Assembly: GCA_045646605.1 (NCBI GenBank) | Contig: JAZRLA010000008.1 | Location: 128,931-192,930, forward strand | Direction of reading: 5' to 3' | Length of the DNA stretch: 64,000 nt | Source: Candidatus Enterousia sp. | Lineage (GTDB): Bacteria; Pseudomonadota; Alphaproteobacteria; Rs-D84 | Part shown: piece by piece, positions 27,248-37,053 of the stretch | Position numbering within the stretch: the stretch's first letter is position 1 | Layout: each line of letters begins with the position of its first letter | Notes under the pieces: generated by a model | What the model was told of the DNA's origin: nothing | Seen by the model: the letters and a program-made list of their open reading frames with translations, nothing else | The model's database searches: none | Translations under genes and position numbers: made by a program

Positions 27248-27454
27248 ATGGGAAAAAAATATTGTTTGAGTGTTAAACAAGAAGTAGAAATTACCCAATA
27301 TAATAAAAATGGGGAATGCAAATGTCTAAATTGTTTGGAATCAGAATGCAAAGGTGTGCTATGTTCTGATTTCCCGCCGAATAATTGTACCAATGCGGTT
27401 GATTATTTCAAAGGGGAGAATTCAATGTGTGTGAAATGTCGTGGCGGAAGGTAA
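27248..27454 (+). CDS. small Cys-rich protein (68 aa, no signal peptide)
   Basis: MGKKYC...ECKCLNCLESECKGVLCSDFPPNNC...CVKCRGGR. Sits between fmt and truA. Confidence 0.4.
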   Translation: MGKKYCLSVKQEVEITQYNKNGECKCLNCLESECKGVLCSDFPPNNCTNAVDYFKGENSMCVKCRGGR

Positions 27455-27458
27455 AATT

Positions 27459-28202
27459 ATGACGCGGTACAAGGTTATTTTGGAATACGATGGAACGGAT
27501 TTGATTGGCTGGCAAGAAAACCGCCAAGGTCCGTCTGTGCAATCGTTGTTAAAAGACGCAATAGAAAAATTCTGTGGTGCGCGGCCGGATGTTGTCGGGG
27601 CGGGACGGACGGATGCGGGTGTGCATGCGGTTGCAATGGTGGCGCATTTTGATTTGGTTTCCGATGCGGATGCGAACACGGTTATGCGGGCGATGAATTT
27701 TTACTTGAATGATGCGCCGGTGTCAGTGATTGATTGCAAAGTTGTATCGGATGATTTTAATGCACGTTTTTCATGTGTTATGCGGCACTATAAATACATA
27801 GTTCTAAATCGTTCTGCGCCGCCGGTGTTGGATAAAAATCGCGCCTGGTGGGTGCCACGGAAATTAAACATTAAGAAAATGCGTGATGCGGCGCGGCTTT
27901 TGGTTGGTGAACATGATTTTACATCTTTTCGTGCATCACAATGTCAGGCAAAAAGTCCGATAAAGACATTGGATTCTTGCCGTATAGAGAAAAAAGATGA
28001 TTTGGTTGTTTTTGATTTTTCGGCGCGTTCATTTTTGCATCACCAGGTTCGAAATATGGTTGGAACATTGGTCGAAATTGGTCTTGGCACGCCATACAAT
28101 ATAAATGAAATTTTTACGGCGCGTAATCGGTCGGCGGCGGGTGCAACCGCGCCGGCATGTGGTCTTTATTTTATTCAGGCCGATTATGCCACCACCGATT
28201 AG
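27459..28202 (+). CDS. truA: tRNA pseudouridine(38-40) synthase TruA
   Basis: LEYDGTDLIGWQ...GAGRTDAGVHA motif. Start chosen at the ATG with RBS ggaagg. Confidence 0.85.
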   Translation: MTRYKVILEYDGTDLIGWQENRQGPSVQSLLKDAIEKFCGARPDVVGAGRTDAGVHAVAMVAHFDLVSDADANTVMRAMNFYLNDAPVSVIDCKVVSDDFNARFSCVMRHYKYIVLNRSAPPVLDKNRAWWVPRKLNIKKMRDAARLLVGEHDFTSFRASQCQAKSPIKTLDSCRIEKKDDLVVFDFSARSFLHHQVRNMVGTLVEIGLGTPYNINEIFTARNRSAAGATAPACGLYFIQADYATTD

Positions 28203-30102
28203 ACGGAATTTGAATCATCTTGCCGGATTGATATATCACACCGCCGTTTTGTATAATTTTATCTGCACATTTTTCAGAATTTATATCAAAGTTTGATGCA
28301 ATATATTTTATGCGTGGGTTTTCACAAAGGAATGAAAAGTTTTTAGAAAGTGATACAAAATTTTTGAAATATACGATGTCAAAATCTTTTGCTGAAATTG
28401 TGTATACGCCGGATTCTGCTGTAAAGCGCAAATTATCTGTGCCTGATTGTTCGCCATTAAATCTTTTCCAATTATCAAATGCAAAGTAATTTCCACTGTC
28501 GTGTGATTTGTTAAATTGCAATTTGCCGTCCACGGGTGTGGCGATAAGTTTTCGGTCGGAACTGATATAAAAAATCGGTTTTTTGATTGTGCCGCAAATT
28601 ACTATGCCGGTGCCAATAAATAGAATTGCAGCAAGTGGTCCAATATGTCGAGCAAAGAAGTTTTTGAAACTTTCATCGTCTTTGACAAGGATTAAACATG
28701 CAAAACCAATGGTTGTTAGTATTATTGCGGTGTTTGGTATGTTACCGATTGTAATTTCTGAATACGGTGTTTGTGATAATTTTTCGGCAAATGTGAATGC
28801 GTAATTATATATAATATGCGCGATTTCCAAAGGCGTATGCATGCCGATACACGCGCATAATGTGCCACCAATAACAAGCGGCATGATGATAAAAGAGAAT
28901 ATGGGTAGGAATATAATGTTGCCGATAATGCCATAAATTGGGATTGTACCGAAGTGTAAAATTATGAATGGCGCAGTGAACATTGTTGCGACCAATGCGG
29001 TTAAAACCGCCGTATAGAGATATTTTAATGTTTTGAAATTTGGGATTCGTGGCTTTATGTTTTGCCATAGCCATACGATTCCGAATATTGCGGCAAAAGA
29101 TAACTGAAACCCCGCGGTCATTACATAATATGGATTGATTATTATAATCGCAAAAAACGCAAGCGCAATCATACGAAGTGATAATGCGTTGCGGCCGAAC
29201 ATAAATGCCGCCATAACCAGTGTCGCCATTATAAATGCGCGAAGTGTTGCAACGCCGGCCCCAGATATGAATACATAGCCAAGTAATCCAATCCAAGTGC
29301 AGGCAAGGGCGGGAATTCGTGCGGGAATATGTTTGACGATTGATGGAAATAATCGAAATATAAAATAAAACAATATGAATAACCAACCGCCAATAAGTGT
29401 CATGTGATAACCACTGATTGACCAAATGTGCGCCATACCGTTTGTCGCCCAAGTTTCACGGTGGCCATCGGGCAGGGCATTTTTATACCCCAAGACAAGT
29501 GCGTCAGTTAGGAAAGATTTTGCTATGTTATGTGTTTTATCTCGAACACTGTATACGCCGGAATCCGCCGTATAGATAATTTTTGTATCGCGTAAATATC
29601 CGGTCGCGCTAAGGTTTTTGAAATACATATGCCGTGCAAAATCAAATCCGTGTGGTGTGTCCGCCGGTTTGGGTTTGAATAGGCCGCCGTTGCCTAATAT
29701 AATATCGCCGATTTTTATATTGATTTCGTCGGTTGTTGATACGCGCAGATTGCCAAAGTTTTCTGTATTCAGATATAGTTTTGTCTTTTCTCCGCCGGTG
29801 TCGATTTCTGTTACGCGACCGGTTATTTCAATTTCGTGGATATCGTGGCGTAATATCGGCACGGTTTTCATGTGTGTGTATATTCCGGCGTACCCGAAAC
29901 CCAGTAAAAAACAGGTTGCCAGGGCGATAATTGGTCTGTGGCGAAATGCGATGATTATCGCGGTGCTTAATATAAATATGGTCGCCAAGAAAATAATATT
30001 GGGTTCGCCGAATATAGAAAAATATAATCCAACGCCAAATGCCGTTACCAATGGCGACCATAGAAATAAACTTTCGTATTGATTATACAGAAATTTTTTC
30101 AT
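28171..30102 (-). CDS. comEC: competence protein ComEC/Rec2-family membrane protein
   Basis: 643 aa, polytopic, with the ComEC competence-domain pattern. 3' end overlaps truA by 32 bp (convergent). Confidence 0.7.
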   Translation of the reverse strand: MKKFLYNQYESLFLWSPLVTAFGVGLYFSIFGEPNIIFLATIFILSTAIIIAFRHRPIIALATCFLLGFGYAGIYTHMKTVPILRHDIHEIEITGRVTEIDTGGEKTKLYLNTENFGNLRVSTTDEINIKIGDIILGNGGLFKPKPADTPHGFDFARHMYFKNLSATGYLRDTKIIYTADSGVYSVRDKTHNIAKSFLTDALVLGYKNALPDGHRETWATNGMAHIWSISGYHMTLIGGWLFILFYFIFRLFPSIVKHIPARIPALACTWIGLLGYVFISGAGVATLRAFIMATLVMAAFMFGRNALSLRMIALAFFAIIIINPYYVMTAGFQLSFAAIFGIVWLWQNIKPRIPNFKTLKYLYTAVLTALVATMFTAPFIILHFGTIPIYGIIGNIIFLPIFSFIIMPLVIGGTLCACIGMHTPLEIAHIIYNYAFTFAEKLSQTPYSEITIGNIPNTAIILTTIGFACLILVKDDESFKNFFARHIGPLAAILFIGTGIVICGTIKKPIFYISSDRKLIATPVDGKLQFNKSHDSGNYFAFDNWKRFNGEQSGTDNLRFTAESGVYTISAKDFDIVYFKNFVSLSKNFSFLCENPRIKYIASNFDINSEKCADKIIQNGGVIYQSGKMIQIPSNRWWHNRPE

Positions 30103-30183
30103 CGTGGGCCCATTATAGGATTTTATTATTGATTGGCAACAACGATTTTTTGTAACATTTTAATACATAAGGAGAAAAAACTT

Positions 30184-31752
30184 ATGTCAAAATATATATT
30201 TGTAACCGGTGGTGTTGTTTCAAGTTTAGGCAAGGGCGTTTCGGCGGCATCGTTGGGCGCCCTTTTGCAATCGCGTGGATATAGTGTTCATGTCCGCAAA
30301 TTTGACCCGTATCTTAATGTAGACCCGGGTACCATGTCGCCATTACAACATGGTGAAGTTTATGTTACCAATGATGGGTTCGAAACAGATTTGGATTTGG
30401 GATATTACGAGCGTTTCTTGGGAATCAAATTATCCAAAAACGATTCGGTTTCGGGTGGACGCATTTATTGGGAAGTGCTTAATGCGGAACGGCGTGGGGA
30501 TTATTTAGGTGCCACCGTGCAAATGATTCCGCACGTTACAAATAAAATCAAAGAACATATTGGGGTGCCGACGGATACGGATTTTGTGATTTGTGAAATT
30601 GGTGGCACGGTTGGTGATATCGAAGGCAAAGTTTTCCTTGAATCGATTCGGCAATTTGCGAACGAGGTTGGACGCCGAAATGTTTTGTTTGCACATTTAA
30701 CATTGGCGCCATATTTGGAACAAAGCGGTGAATTAAAAACTAAACCGACACAAATGTCAGTGCGACGCTTGCTTGAAAACGGAATTCAGGCGGATGTTTT
30801 GTTCGTACGTTCGCCGCGTATGTTGACCGCGGATGAACGCGCAAAGATTGGTATGTTCTGTAATTTGCCGGCCAAAAATGTTATTACAAGTATGGATGTG
30901 GATAATATTTACAAGATTCCGTTGGTGTATGATGCCCAAGATGTATTTAATATAATGGCGCAACATTTTGATTTGCCCGAAGCGGCCGGTGATATGTCGA
31001 AAATCAAAAAGATAGAACAATATTTAAATGCTGATTTGCCGGTATGTACAATTGGTATGGTTGGAAAATATTTTGATGTTTCTGATGCATATAAATCACT
31101 AAACGAAGCATTGTTTCATGCCGGAATTCAAAATAATGTGCATGTGAAAATAAAGAAAATAGATGCGGAAAATTTTAGTCCCGAAGATTGTGCTGATGTG
31201 GATGGAATACTTGTTCCCGGTGGTTTTGGTGTGCGTGGGGTCGAAGGTAAAATTGCCGCGGCGAAATATGCGCGTGAAAACAATGTGCCGTATATGGGAA
31301 TCTGTTTGGGAATGCAGGTTGCGGTCATAGAATTTATGCGAAATGTTGTTGGTGATGAAAATGCAAATTCCACGGAATTTACCAAGAACTGCACGCCGGT
31401 CATAGATATTATGCGCGATTGCGATGCGGAAAATATGGGGGGAACATTGCGATTGGGCGCATACCCGTGTGAGATTAAATCTGGGACACTGGCAGAAAAA
31501 ATCTATGGTTCAAATCATATTTCTGAACGGCACAGGCACCGGTACGAAGTGAATATCGAATATAAAGATGCGCTTGAAAAAAATGGTATGGTTATTTCAG
31601 GAATGTCGCCGGATGGTAAATTGCCAGAAATGATAGAGATACCGTCGCACAGGTTCTTTGTTGCCGGCCAATTTCATCCGGAATTTCAGAGTAACCCATT
31701 TACGGGACATCCTTTGTTCAATGCCTTTGTGGCCGCAGCCAAGGATAAATAA
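30184..31752 (+). CDS. pyrG: CTP synthase
   Basis: MSKYIFVTGGVVSSLGKG. C-terminal glutamine amidotransferase with GICLGMQ. RBS aaggag. Confidence 0.9.
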   Translation: MSKYIFVTGGVVSSLGKGVSAASLGALLQSRGYSVHVRKFDPYLNVDPGTMSPLQHGEVYVTNDGFETDLDLGYYERFLGIKLSKNDSVSGGRIYWEVLNAERRGDYLGATVQMIPHVTNKIKEHIGVPTDTDFVICEIGGTVGDIEGKVFLESIRQFANEVGRRNVLFAHLTLAPYLEQSGELKTKPTQMSVRRLLENGIQADVLFVRSPRMLTADERAKIGMFCNLPAKNVITSMDVDNIYKIPLVYDAQDVFNIMAQHFDLPEAAGDMSKIKKIEQYLNADLPVCTIGMVGKYFDVSDAYKSLNEALFHAGIQNNVHVKIKKIDAENFSPEDCADVDGILVPGGFGVRGVEGKIAAAKYARENNVPYMGICLGMQVAVIEFMRNVVGDENANSTEFTKNCTPVIDIMRDCDAENMGGTLRLGAYPCEIKSGTLAEKIYGSNHISERHRHRYEVNIEYKDALEKNGMVISGMSPDGKLPEMIEIPSHRFFVAGQFHPEFQSNPFTGHPLFNAFVAAAKDK

Positions 31753-32073
31753 TCATTTACCAAATATAAAATCCGAATTCGATGATACCGCGATGATTTC
31801 ATCAATATCATCGTTTTCGGCACTGTGTTGTCGAATCGTTTTGCCGCATTTTTGACATTTATGGGTAATGATAAATCCATTGCCGGCGGGTTCGGCGGAA
31901 ATTGGTTCCATCATGCCGCCACATATCGCACCACGGTCGCCGGGATTATTATCAACATGGCGTGACCATAAACATTTTGGGCAATGGTTTGTATATCCAT
32001 TGCCCTGAACCGTTGCACCACAATGTGCGCAAACAAAATTTTCAACAGTTTTTGTGAATTTTTTCATTTGCAA
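31753..32073 (-). CDS. RNHCP-domain zinc-ribbon protein
   Basis: Motif YTNHCPKCLWSRH with flanking Cys pairs. Confidence 0.55.
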   Translation of the reverse strand: MQMKKFTKTVENFVCAHCGATVQGNGYTNHCPKCLWSRHVDNNPGDRGAICGGMMEPISAEPAGNGFIITHKCQKCGKTIRQHSAENDDIDEIIAVSSNSDFIFGK

Positions 32074-32075
32074 AA

Positions 32076-32324
32076 TTACAGACCAAGTGCGTTGCGATAC
32101 ATCTTGGTCAATTCGTCCGTTTCGTCCAATTCATCCGGGTCCATTTTACGCAGACGAATCATTTGGCGGATATATTTTGGGTCGTAACCTGCGGATTTTG
32201 CCTCTGTAAAAATTTCCTTGATATCCGCGGCGATGGCCGCGCTATCTTCGTTTAATTTTTCGATTCGTTCGATGATACCAAGCAATTGTTGGTTATCAAA
32301 ACTTCCATGGTTTGCATTTTTCAT
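32076..32324 (-). CDS. gapR: DUF2312/GapR-like nucleoid-associated protein
   Basis: 82 aa. QLLGIIERIEKLNEDSAAIAADIKEIFTEAKSAGYDPKYIRQMIRLRKMD matches the alphaproteobacterial GapR family pattern. Confidence 0.6.
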   Translation of the reverse strand: MKNANHGSFDNQQLLGIIERIEKLNEDSAAIAADIKEIFTEAKSAGYDPKYIRQMIRLRKMDPDELDETDELTKMYRNALGL

Positions 32325-32403
32325 TGATGTTTTCCCCTTGTTAAAGTGACCTTTTTATGATATACAATAAAACATAAAAATCAACCAGAGAGATTGTAAA
32401 ATT

Positions 32404-33777
32404 ATGACAAGATTTACAAAAATAACTGCTTCCATTGGTCCAAGTTGTGAAAGTGTTACCGTTTTGCGGAAAATGATTTTGGCCGGTGTAAATGTGTGCC
32501 GTATGAATTTTAGTCATGACACCGGCGCGGCCCAGGGGAAAAAGATTGATGCGATTCGCAAAATATCGGCGGAATTAGATATGCCGGTTGGGGTCTTGGT
32601 GGATTTACAGGGGCCAAAGCACCGAATCGGTAATTTCAAAACCGAAGAAAAATACCCGATTTCACCCGGACAAACGTTTACTTTTGATTCAAATCCGGAA
32701 CCTGGAAATTCGGAACGTGTGCAATTGCCGGACGTGGATGTGATGCGGTCGTTACATGTCGGTGAAAGAATTTTGTTAAATGATGGCAAAATTGAAATGC
32801 AGGTGACCGATGTTTTGCCAGACGCCATAAAGACCAAGGTTATTCGTGGAACGGAAATTTGGTCACGTCGTGGTTTTAATTTGCCGGATACGGTTGTTGA
32901 TACATCGGTTCTGACCGAAAAGGATAGGGCAGATTTGGAATATGCGCTTACCAAAAATCCGGATTGGGTGGCGGTTTCTTTTGTTCAACGGCCCGAAGAT
33001 ATTGCCGAAGTTCGTGACTTTATCACCGCGCATACCGCGCGGCCGGTTAAGATTATGGCAAAGATAGAGCGTAAAAGTGCGGTTGAACAAATTGATGAAA
33101 TTGCACGGGCGGCGGATGGAATTATGATTGCACGTGGTGATTTGGCGGTTGAGTTGCCATATGAACAAGTGCCGGCTATTTCGCGTCATATTATACGTGA
33201 ATGTCGGCGGTTAAATCGGCCGGTGGTTATGGCAACGCAAATGTTGGGATCAATGGTGGAAAGTGAATTTCCAACGCGCGCAGAAATAAGTGATGTGGCA
33301 AATGCGGCGTATCTGCGTGTGGATTCAACGATGACATCCGAAGAAACGACAATTGGTGCGAATCCACTAAATGTTATTGAAACGATGGCCAAAATTTTGA
33401 ATTTTTCCGATGATGATGCGATGGAAAACCCAAATGATTGGATGCGTGCAGAAAAATCGTCTGATGAAAATGATTGGTCGCGGTCGATATCGTCGATGGC
33501 ATACCTTAATAAAGCAAATGCAATAATCGTTTTTGCCCGTGATACCGAATCGGCGATAAGTATTTCTTGTCGGCGGCCGGATACAAAAATAATCGCCGTG
33601 TGCGATGGTGAAATTGTTGCAAATCAACTTTGTTTGGTGCGTGGTGTGTTTCCGGTCTATACGCCGGATTTGTTCGCACGGCGCGATGCGGTTGCCATTG
33701 CACACAATGTTGAAATTACAAAAGGCAATATCGTCATTGTTGACGGTGAAAATGTAAGTTTACAGAATCTTGATTAA
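32404..33777 (+). CDS. pyk: pyruvate kinase
   Basis: TKITASIGPSC...MNFSH; MIARGDLAVE; MATQML.SM. Confidence 0.85.
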   Translation: MTRFTKITASIGPSCESVTVLRKMILAGVNVCRMNFSHDTGAAQGKKIDAIRKISAELDMPVGVLVDLQGPKHRIGNFKTEEKYPISPGQTFTFDSNPEPGNSERVQLPDVDVMRSLHVGERILLNDGKIEMQVTDVLPDAIKTKVIRGTEIWSRRGFNLPDTVVDTSVLTEKDRADLEYALTKNPDWVAVSFVQRPEDIAEVRDFITAHTARPVKIMAKIERKSAVEQIDEIARAADGIMIARGDLAVELPYEQVPAISRHIIRECRRLNRPVVMATQMLGSMVESEFPTRAEISDVANAAYLRVDSTMTSEETTIGANPLNVIETMAKILNFSDDDAMENPNDWMRAEKSSDENDWSRSISSMAYLNKANAIIVFARDTESAISISCRRPDTKIIAVCDGEIVANQLCLVRGVFPVYTPDLFARRDAVAIAHNVEITKGNIVIVDGENVSLQNLD

Positions 33778-33779
33778 AT

Positions 33780-34040
33780 TTATTTTGTTATTGGTGGAAA
33801 ACAATCACCACCACTGTCGGGGCAACAATTCCATCCAAATTCATTCATGTTGGTGTATGTTTCGCCCGGACAGCACCCATGTTCGTCGGGGTCGGCATTG
33901 TCTTTGCACATGAATTGTTCCGAAGTGTATAAAAAATCCATGATGTCGTGATTCATGATGTACACAGTCGCAAATGCGGTCACAATGCACGTTATTAAAC
34001 AAGAGATTATAATCTTATATTTTGTTTTCATTTTATTCAC
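33780..34040 (-). CDS. small secreted protein with C-terminal 6-Cys module (GCCPGE...NCCPDSGGDCFPP)
   Basis: N-terminal TM/signal. The C-terminal module aligns with the C-terminus of the 6060-6752 protein. Confidence 0.5.
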   Translation of the reverse strand: MNKMKTKYKIIISCLITCIVTAFATVYIMNHDIMDFLYTSEQFMCKDNADPDEHGCCPGETYTNMNEFGWNCCPDSGGDCFPPITK

Positions 34041-34049
34041 CGTAATTTA

Positions 34050-35657
34050 CTAATTTGATATTTCAACCGAATCGATATATGTTCGACTTATGTTATCCAA
34101 AGGTATGGGTTGGTAATCTTCGGATGTTATAGATTCAGAATCGTTTATTGGCAATACCGTTGATGTATGGAATATTGGCTCATTGGTTTCATGTGCCGGA
34201 GAATGATTTACACCGTATGTTTTGGCGTTATATTTTCCACGAAAACGTTCCGGAATTTTTATATAATCAAGTGGGTTTACACCGTCGGAATCCAAAGGCA
34301 TGCTTTCAACCGCGGATACGTATGTTCCGCCTGTTCTATAAATCGGAACAGTAAACGCATCGGATTCGGTACGGGCAACGGATGTTGTGCCGTCACCGTT
34401 AAGGCGCATAATACGTAATGCCCGTTCATTTGTTCCATCACTATGTAATCTAAACAGGCCGTTTACACCGGTATACCCACTTGGGTTCATCAAGTGTGCG
34501 TGTATGTCATCATTTGAGTAAAGGGTGCCAATGGCAAGCATTGTTGATTCATATCCGATTGTTGACATGCGTGTCGGAAATGTTCCGGTTGCAATTGAAT
34601 ATGTGTTTCGAAAATCTTCGGGAATATCAGGCAGTGTTGCATACACGGCGCCGGTCATGGTCAAATCTGATGCGATATCACTGTCTTCCCATAGTGGCGT
34701 GCCATAAAATTTTACATCGCGTGCATCAACACCATAGTAGCGTAAAAATGACGCAACCGATTTTGTGTCGTTTCCGTCCCCAAGGAACAGAATCGAATCG
34801 TATGGTAAATCGCCAAGTGTGTCAAAACGGTTCAGGTTTTCAAGTTGCCGCGATAACGAATGTTTTTCAGAACCACTAAGTTTTTCATGGTTTATTATGG
34901 CGGATAAAATTTCCTTGGCGCGTTTGTTTGCCGCATTGCGTGCGTTATACATGGATGCGGTCATTGCGGTTGATTTTATCGAATCGGTATCGCGTTCGCC
35001 GTAATAAAATATGCCCACATTGTTCACATCGTAAAAATCAGAAATTGCATTTGCGGCGCCCGCCATAACCGGACCTGACGCATTATTCGGTGCAATGATG
35101 ATAAAGTTTTTACCACCGGTTGCGGACATTTCTTGGATTGCAGATTCAACGGTGTTTGTCGGCATGACCGCCATGCTAATTACGCCGTCACCAACCGCCG
35201 ATACATCGGATGTAAATGATAGTGCCGGCATGGCCGATGGTTTTTTGTCCCGTAACAGTCGTGCATTATCGGCAAATACCGGTCCAATGATTATTTCAGG
35301 GTTTGATGCCAATGCGCGATTTATTGTTTCGCCCGTATCCCCGGTTCCGGTATCAAAGAAATTTATTTGCAATCCATCGGGTGCGAACCGCATCGCCGCC
35401 GATTCGATTCCCAAACGAATCGTTTTACCAATCTTTGCATTTGGGCCACTGGTTGGAATCAATACAGCAATGCTGTGTGATGTATCGGATGCGCCCCCAT
35501 ACATTCCAAACGAATATGTGCCATATTGCAACTGGGTCGGTGCGGTAATCGGCACATCGGTATATTCCGAACGCCATGCGGAAACTTTATTGTTGTGACA
35601 CGATGAAAGTAGCATCGCAAGGCAGGTTAAACCAAAAATCTGTTTTATAATATGCAT
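34050..35657 (-). CDS. lpoA: LpoA/LppC-like lipoprotein (PBP activator; periplasmic binding-protein fold)
   Basis: Lipobox LLSSC. ~530 aa. Divergent from rsmI as in the E. coli yraM-yraL arrangement. Start trimmed to MHIIKQ. Confidence 0.6.
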   Translation of the reverse strand: MHIIKQIFGLTCLAMLLSSCHNNKVSAWRSEYTDVPITAPTQLQYGTYSFGMYGGASDTSHSIAVLIPTSGPNAKIGKTIRLGIESAAMRFAPDGLQINFFDTGTGDTGETINRALASNPEIIIGPVFADNARLLRDKKPSAMPALSFTSDVSAVGDGVISMAVMPTNTVESAIQEMSATGGKNFIIIAPNNASGPVMAGAANAISDFYDVNNVGIFYYGERDTDSIKSTAMTASMYNARNAANKRAKEILSAIINHEKLSGSEKHSLSRQLENLNRFDTLGDLPYDSILFLGDGNDTKSVASFLRYYGVDARDVKFYGTPLWEDSDIASDLTMTGAVYATLPDIPEDFRNTYSIATGTFPTRMSTIGYESTMLAIGTLYSNDDIHAHLMNPSGYTGVNGLFRLHSDGTNERALRIMRLNGDGTTSVARTESDAFTVPIYRTGGTYVSAVESMPLDSDGVNPLDYIKIPERFRGKYNAKTYGVNHSPAHETNEPIFHTSTVLPINDSESITSEDYQPIPLDNISRTYIDSVEISN

Positions 35658-35705
35658 TGAAAAATCCATTTTATTCTGTATTATTTTACTACAAAGGATT
35701 CATAA

Positions 35706-36494
35706 ATGCAAACGGGGCTTTATATTGTTGGAACACCTATTGGAAATCTGGGCGATATGTCGCCGCGCGCGATAGATGTTTTAAGAAATGTTGATTTAAT
35801 CGCCGCCGAAGATACACGGGTTTTTGGTAAGATTGCATCACATTTTGATATAAAAACGCGGCGCGTATCGTGTCATGAACATAATGAACGTGATGTAATC
35901 GATGGGTTGATAGAAAAAATAAAGGGCGGTGCAGCAATTGCGGTGGTAACCGATGCGGGTATGCCGGGAATAAGTGATCCAGGGTTTCGAATCGTTCGTG
36001 CCGCGCGTGATGCGTCTGTGCCGGTTTATGTTGTGCCTGGGCCGACGGCGGTGATATCGGCATTGGTGCTTAGTGGTTTTCCAACCGACCGATTCACGTT
36101 CTGTGGGTTCTTTGATGAAAAAAAATTGCGCGACGATAATAAGATTCGGCATACCATTGTTTATTACGAAAGTCCGAATCGAATTTTGAATTCTGTGGCG
36201 GCAATTGCGCGTATTATGCCGGAACGAAAAATTGCCATTGTGCGTGAAATAACGAAAATTCATGAACAGGCGATAATTGGATATCCGGCGGATTTGGTGA
36301 ATATTGATCCACCACGTGGTGAAATTGTTATTGTGGTTGCGCCGGCCCCGGAACATAAAATGTCTGATGCGGAAATATCGGAAATTGTAAATGATGTTGT
36401 CGCAAATTCGACCAAGAGTGCGGCAAGTGATTTGGCCCGTCGTGCCGGAATTTCCAAGAAAGATGCGTATCGGCGTTTGATTAAAAAGGATTGA
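35706..36494 (+). CDS. rsmI: 16S rRNA (cytidine1402-2'-O)-methyltransferase RsmI
   Basis: LYIVGTPIGNLGD...IAAEDTR. Tetrapyrrole-methylase fold pattern. Confidence 0.85.
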   Translation: MQTGLYIVGTPIGNLGDMSPRAIDVLRNVDLIAAEDTRVFGKIASHFDIKTRRVSCHEHNERDVIDGLIEKIKGGAAIAVVTDAGMPGISDPGFRIVRAARDASVPVYVVPGPTAVISALVLSGFPTDRFTFCGFFDEKKLRDDNKIRHTIVYYESPNRILNSVAAIARIMPERKIAIVREITKIHEQAIIGYPADLVNIDPPRGEIVIVVAPAPEHKMSDAEISEIVNDVVANSTKSAASDLARRAGISKKDAYRRLIKKD

Positions 36495-36498
36495 ATAT

Positions 36499-37053
36499 AT
36501 GATAAAATTTGTTGGTGGTTTTGAAAATGTGCGTGATTTGCCACAAACACAATTCCCGGAATATGCTTTTGCGGGGCGCAGTAATGTTGGAAAATCTTCG
36601 CTGATAAATGCGGTTTTGGGTGAAAAAGTCGCGCGGACATCCAACACGCCGGGGCGGACGCAGACATTAAATATGTTTAATGTAAATGACAAAGTAATCA
36701 TTTTGGATTTGCCGGGATATGGTTATGCGCGTGTTGCGCGTGCGGATAGTATGCGATGGATGTTAAGATTCCAAGAATATATTATGACACGCCGGCAATT
36801 AAAACGGCTTTTTATATTGATTGATTCGCGCATTGGACCGCGCGATTCGGATGTGGAATTGATGGAATTTTGCGATAAAAATGGGATATCTTATCAAATT
36901 GTTTACACCAAGAAAGATAAGCGTGTGCGTGAAAAAGACCAGGTTACAATCTGTGCGGACGTGCACCCAGCGATGGTTAATGATATTGTTGAAACATCGG
37001 CTGAAAAGAAATATGGTTTGGATAAGCTAAGGGTGGTAATTGGCATTAAATAA
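36499..37053 (+). CDS. engB: GTP-binding protein EngB/YsxC
   Basis: GRSNVGKSSLIN (G1), DLPGYG (G3), TKKDK (G4). Confidence 0.85.
   Translation: MIKFVGGFENVRDLPQTQFPEYAFAGRSNVGKSSLINAVLGEKVARTSNTPGRTQTLNMFNVNDKVIILDLPGYGYARVARADSMRWMLRFQEYIMTRRQLKRLFILIDSRIGPRDSDVELMEFCDKNGISYQIVYTKKDKRVREKDQVTICADVHPAMVNDIVETSAEKKYGLDKLRVVIGIK

Noticed and set aside
28805-29452. 215-aa minus-strand ORF in an alternative frame
   Set aside because: It lies inside comEC. The comEC frame has a coherent polytopic membrane topology.
35838-36701. 287-aa minus-strand ORF
   Set aside because: It is antisense to rsmI/engB, which have clear conserved motifs.
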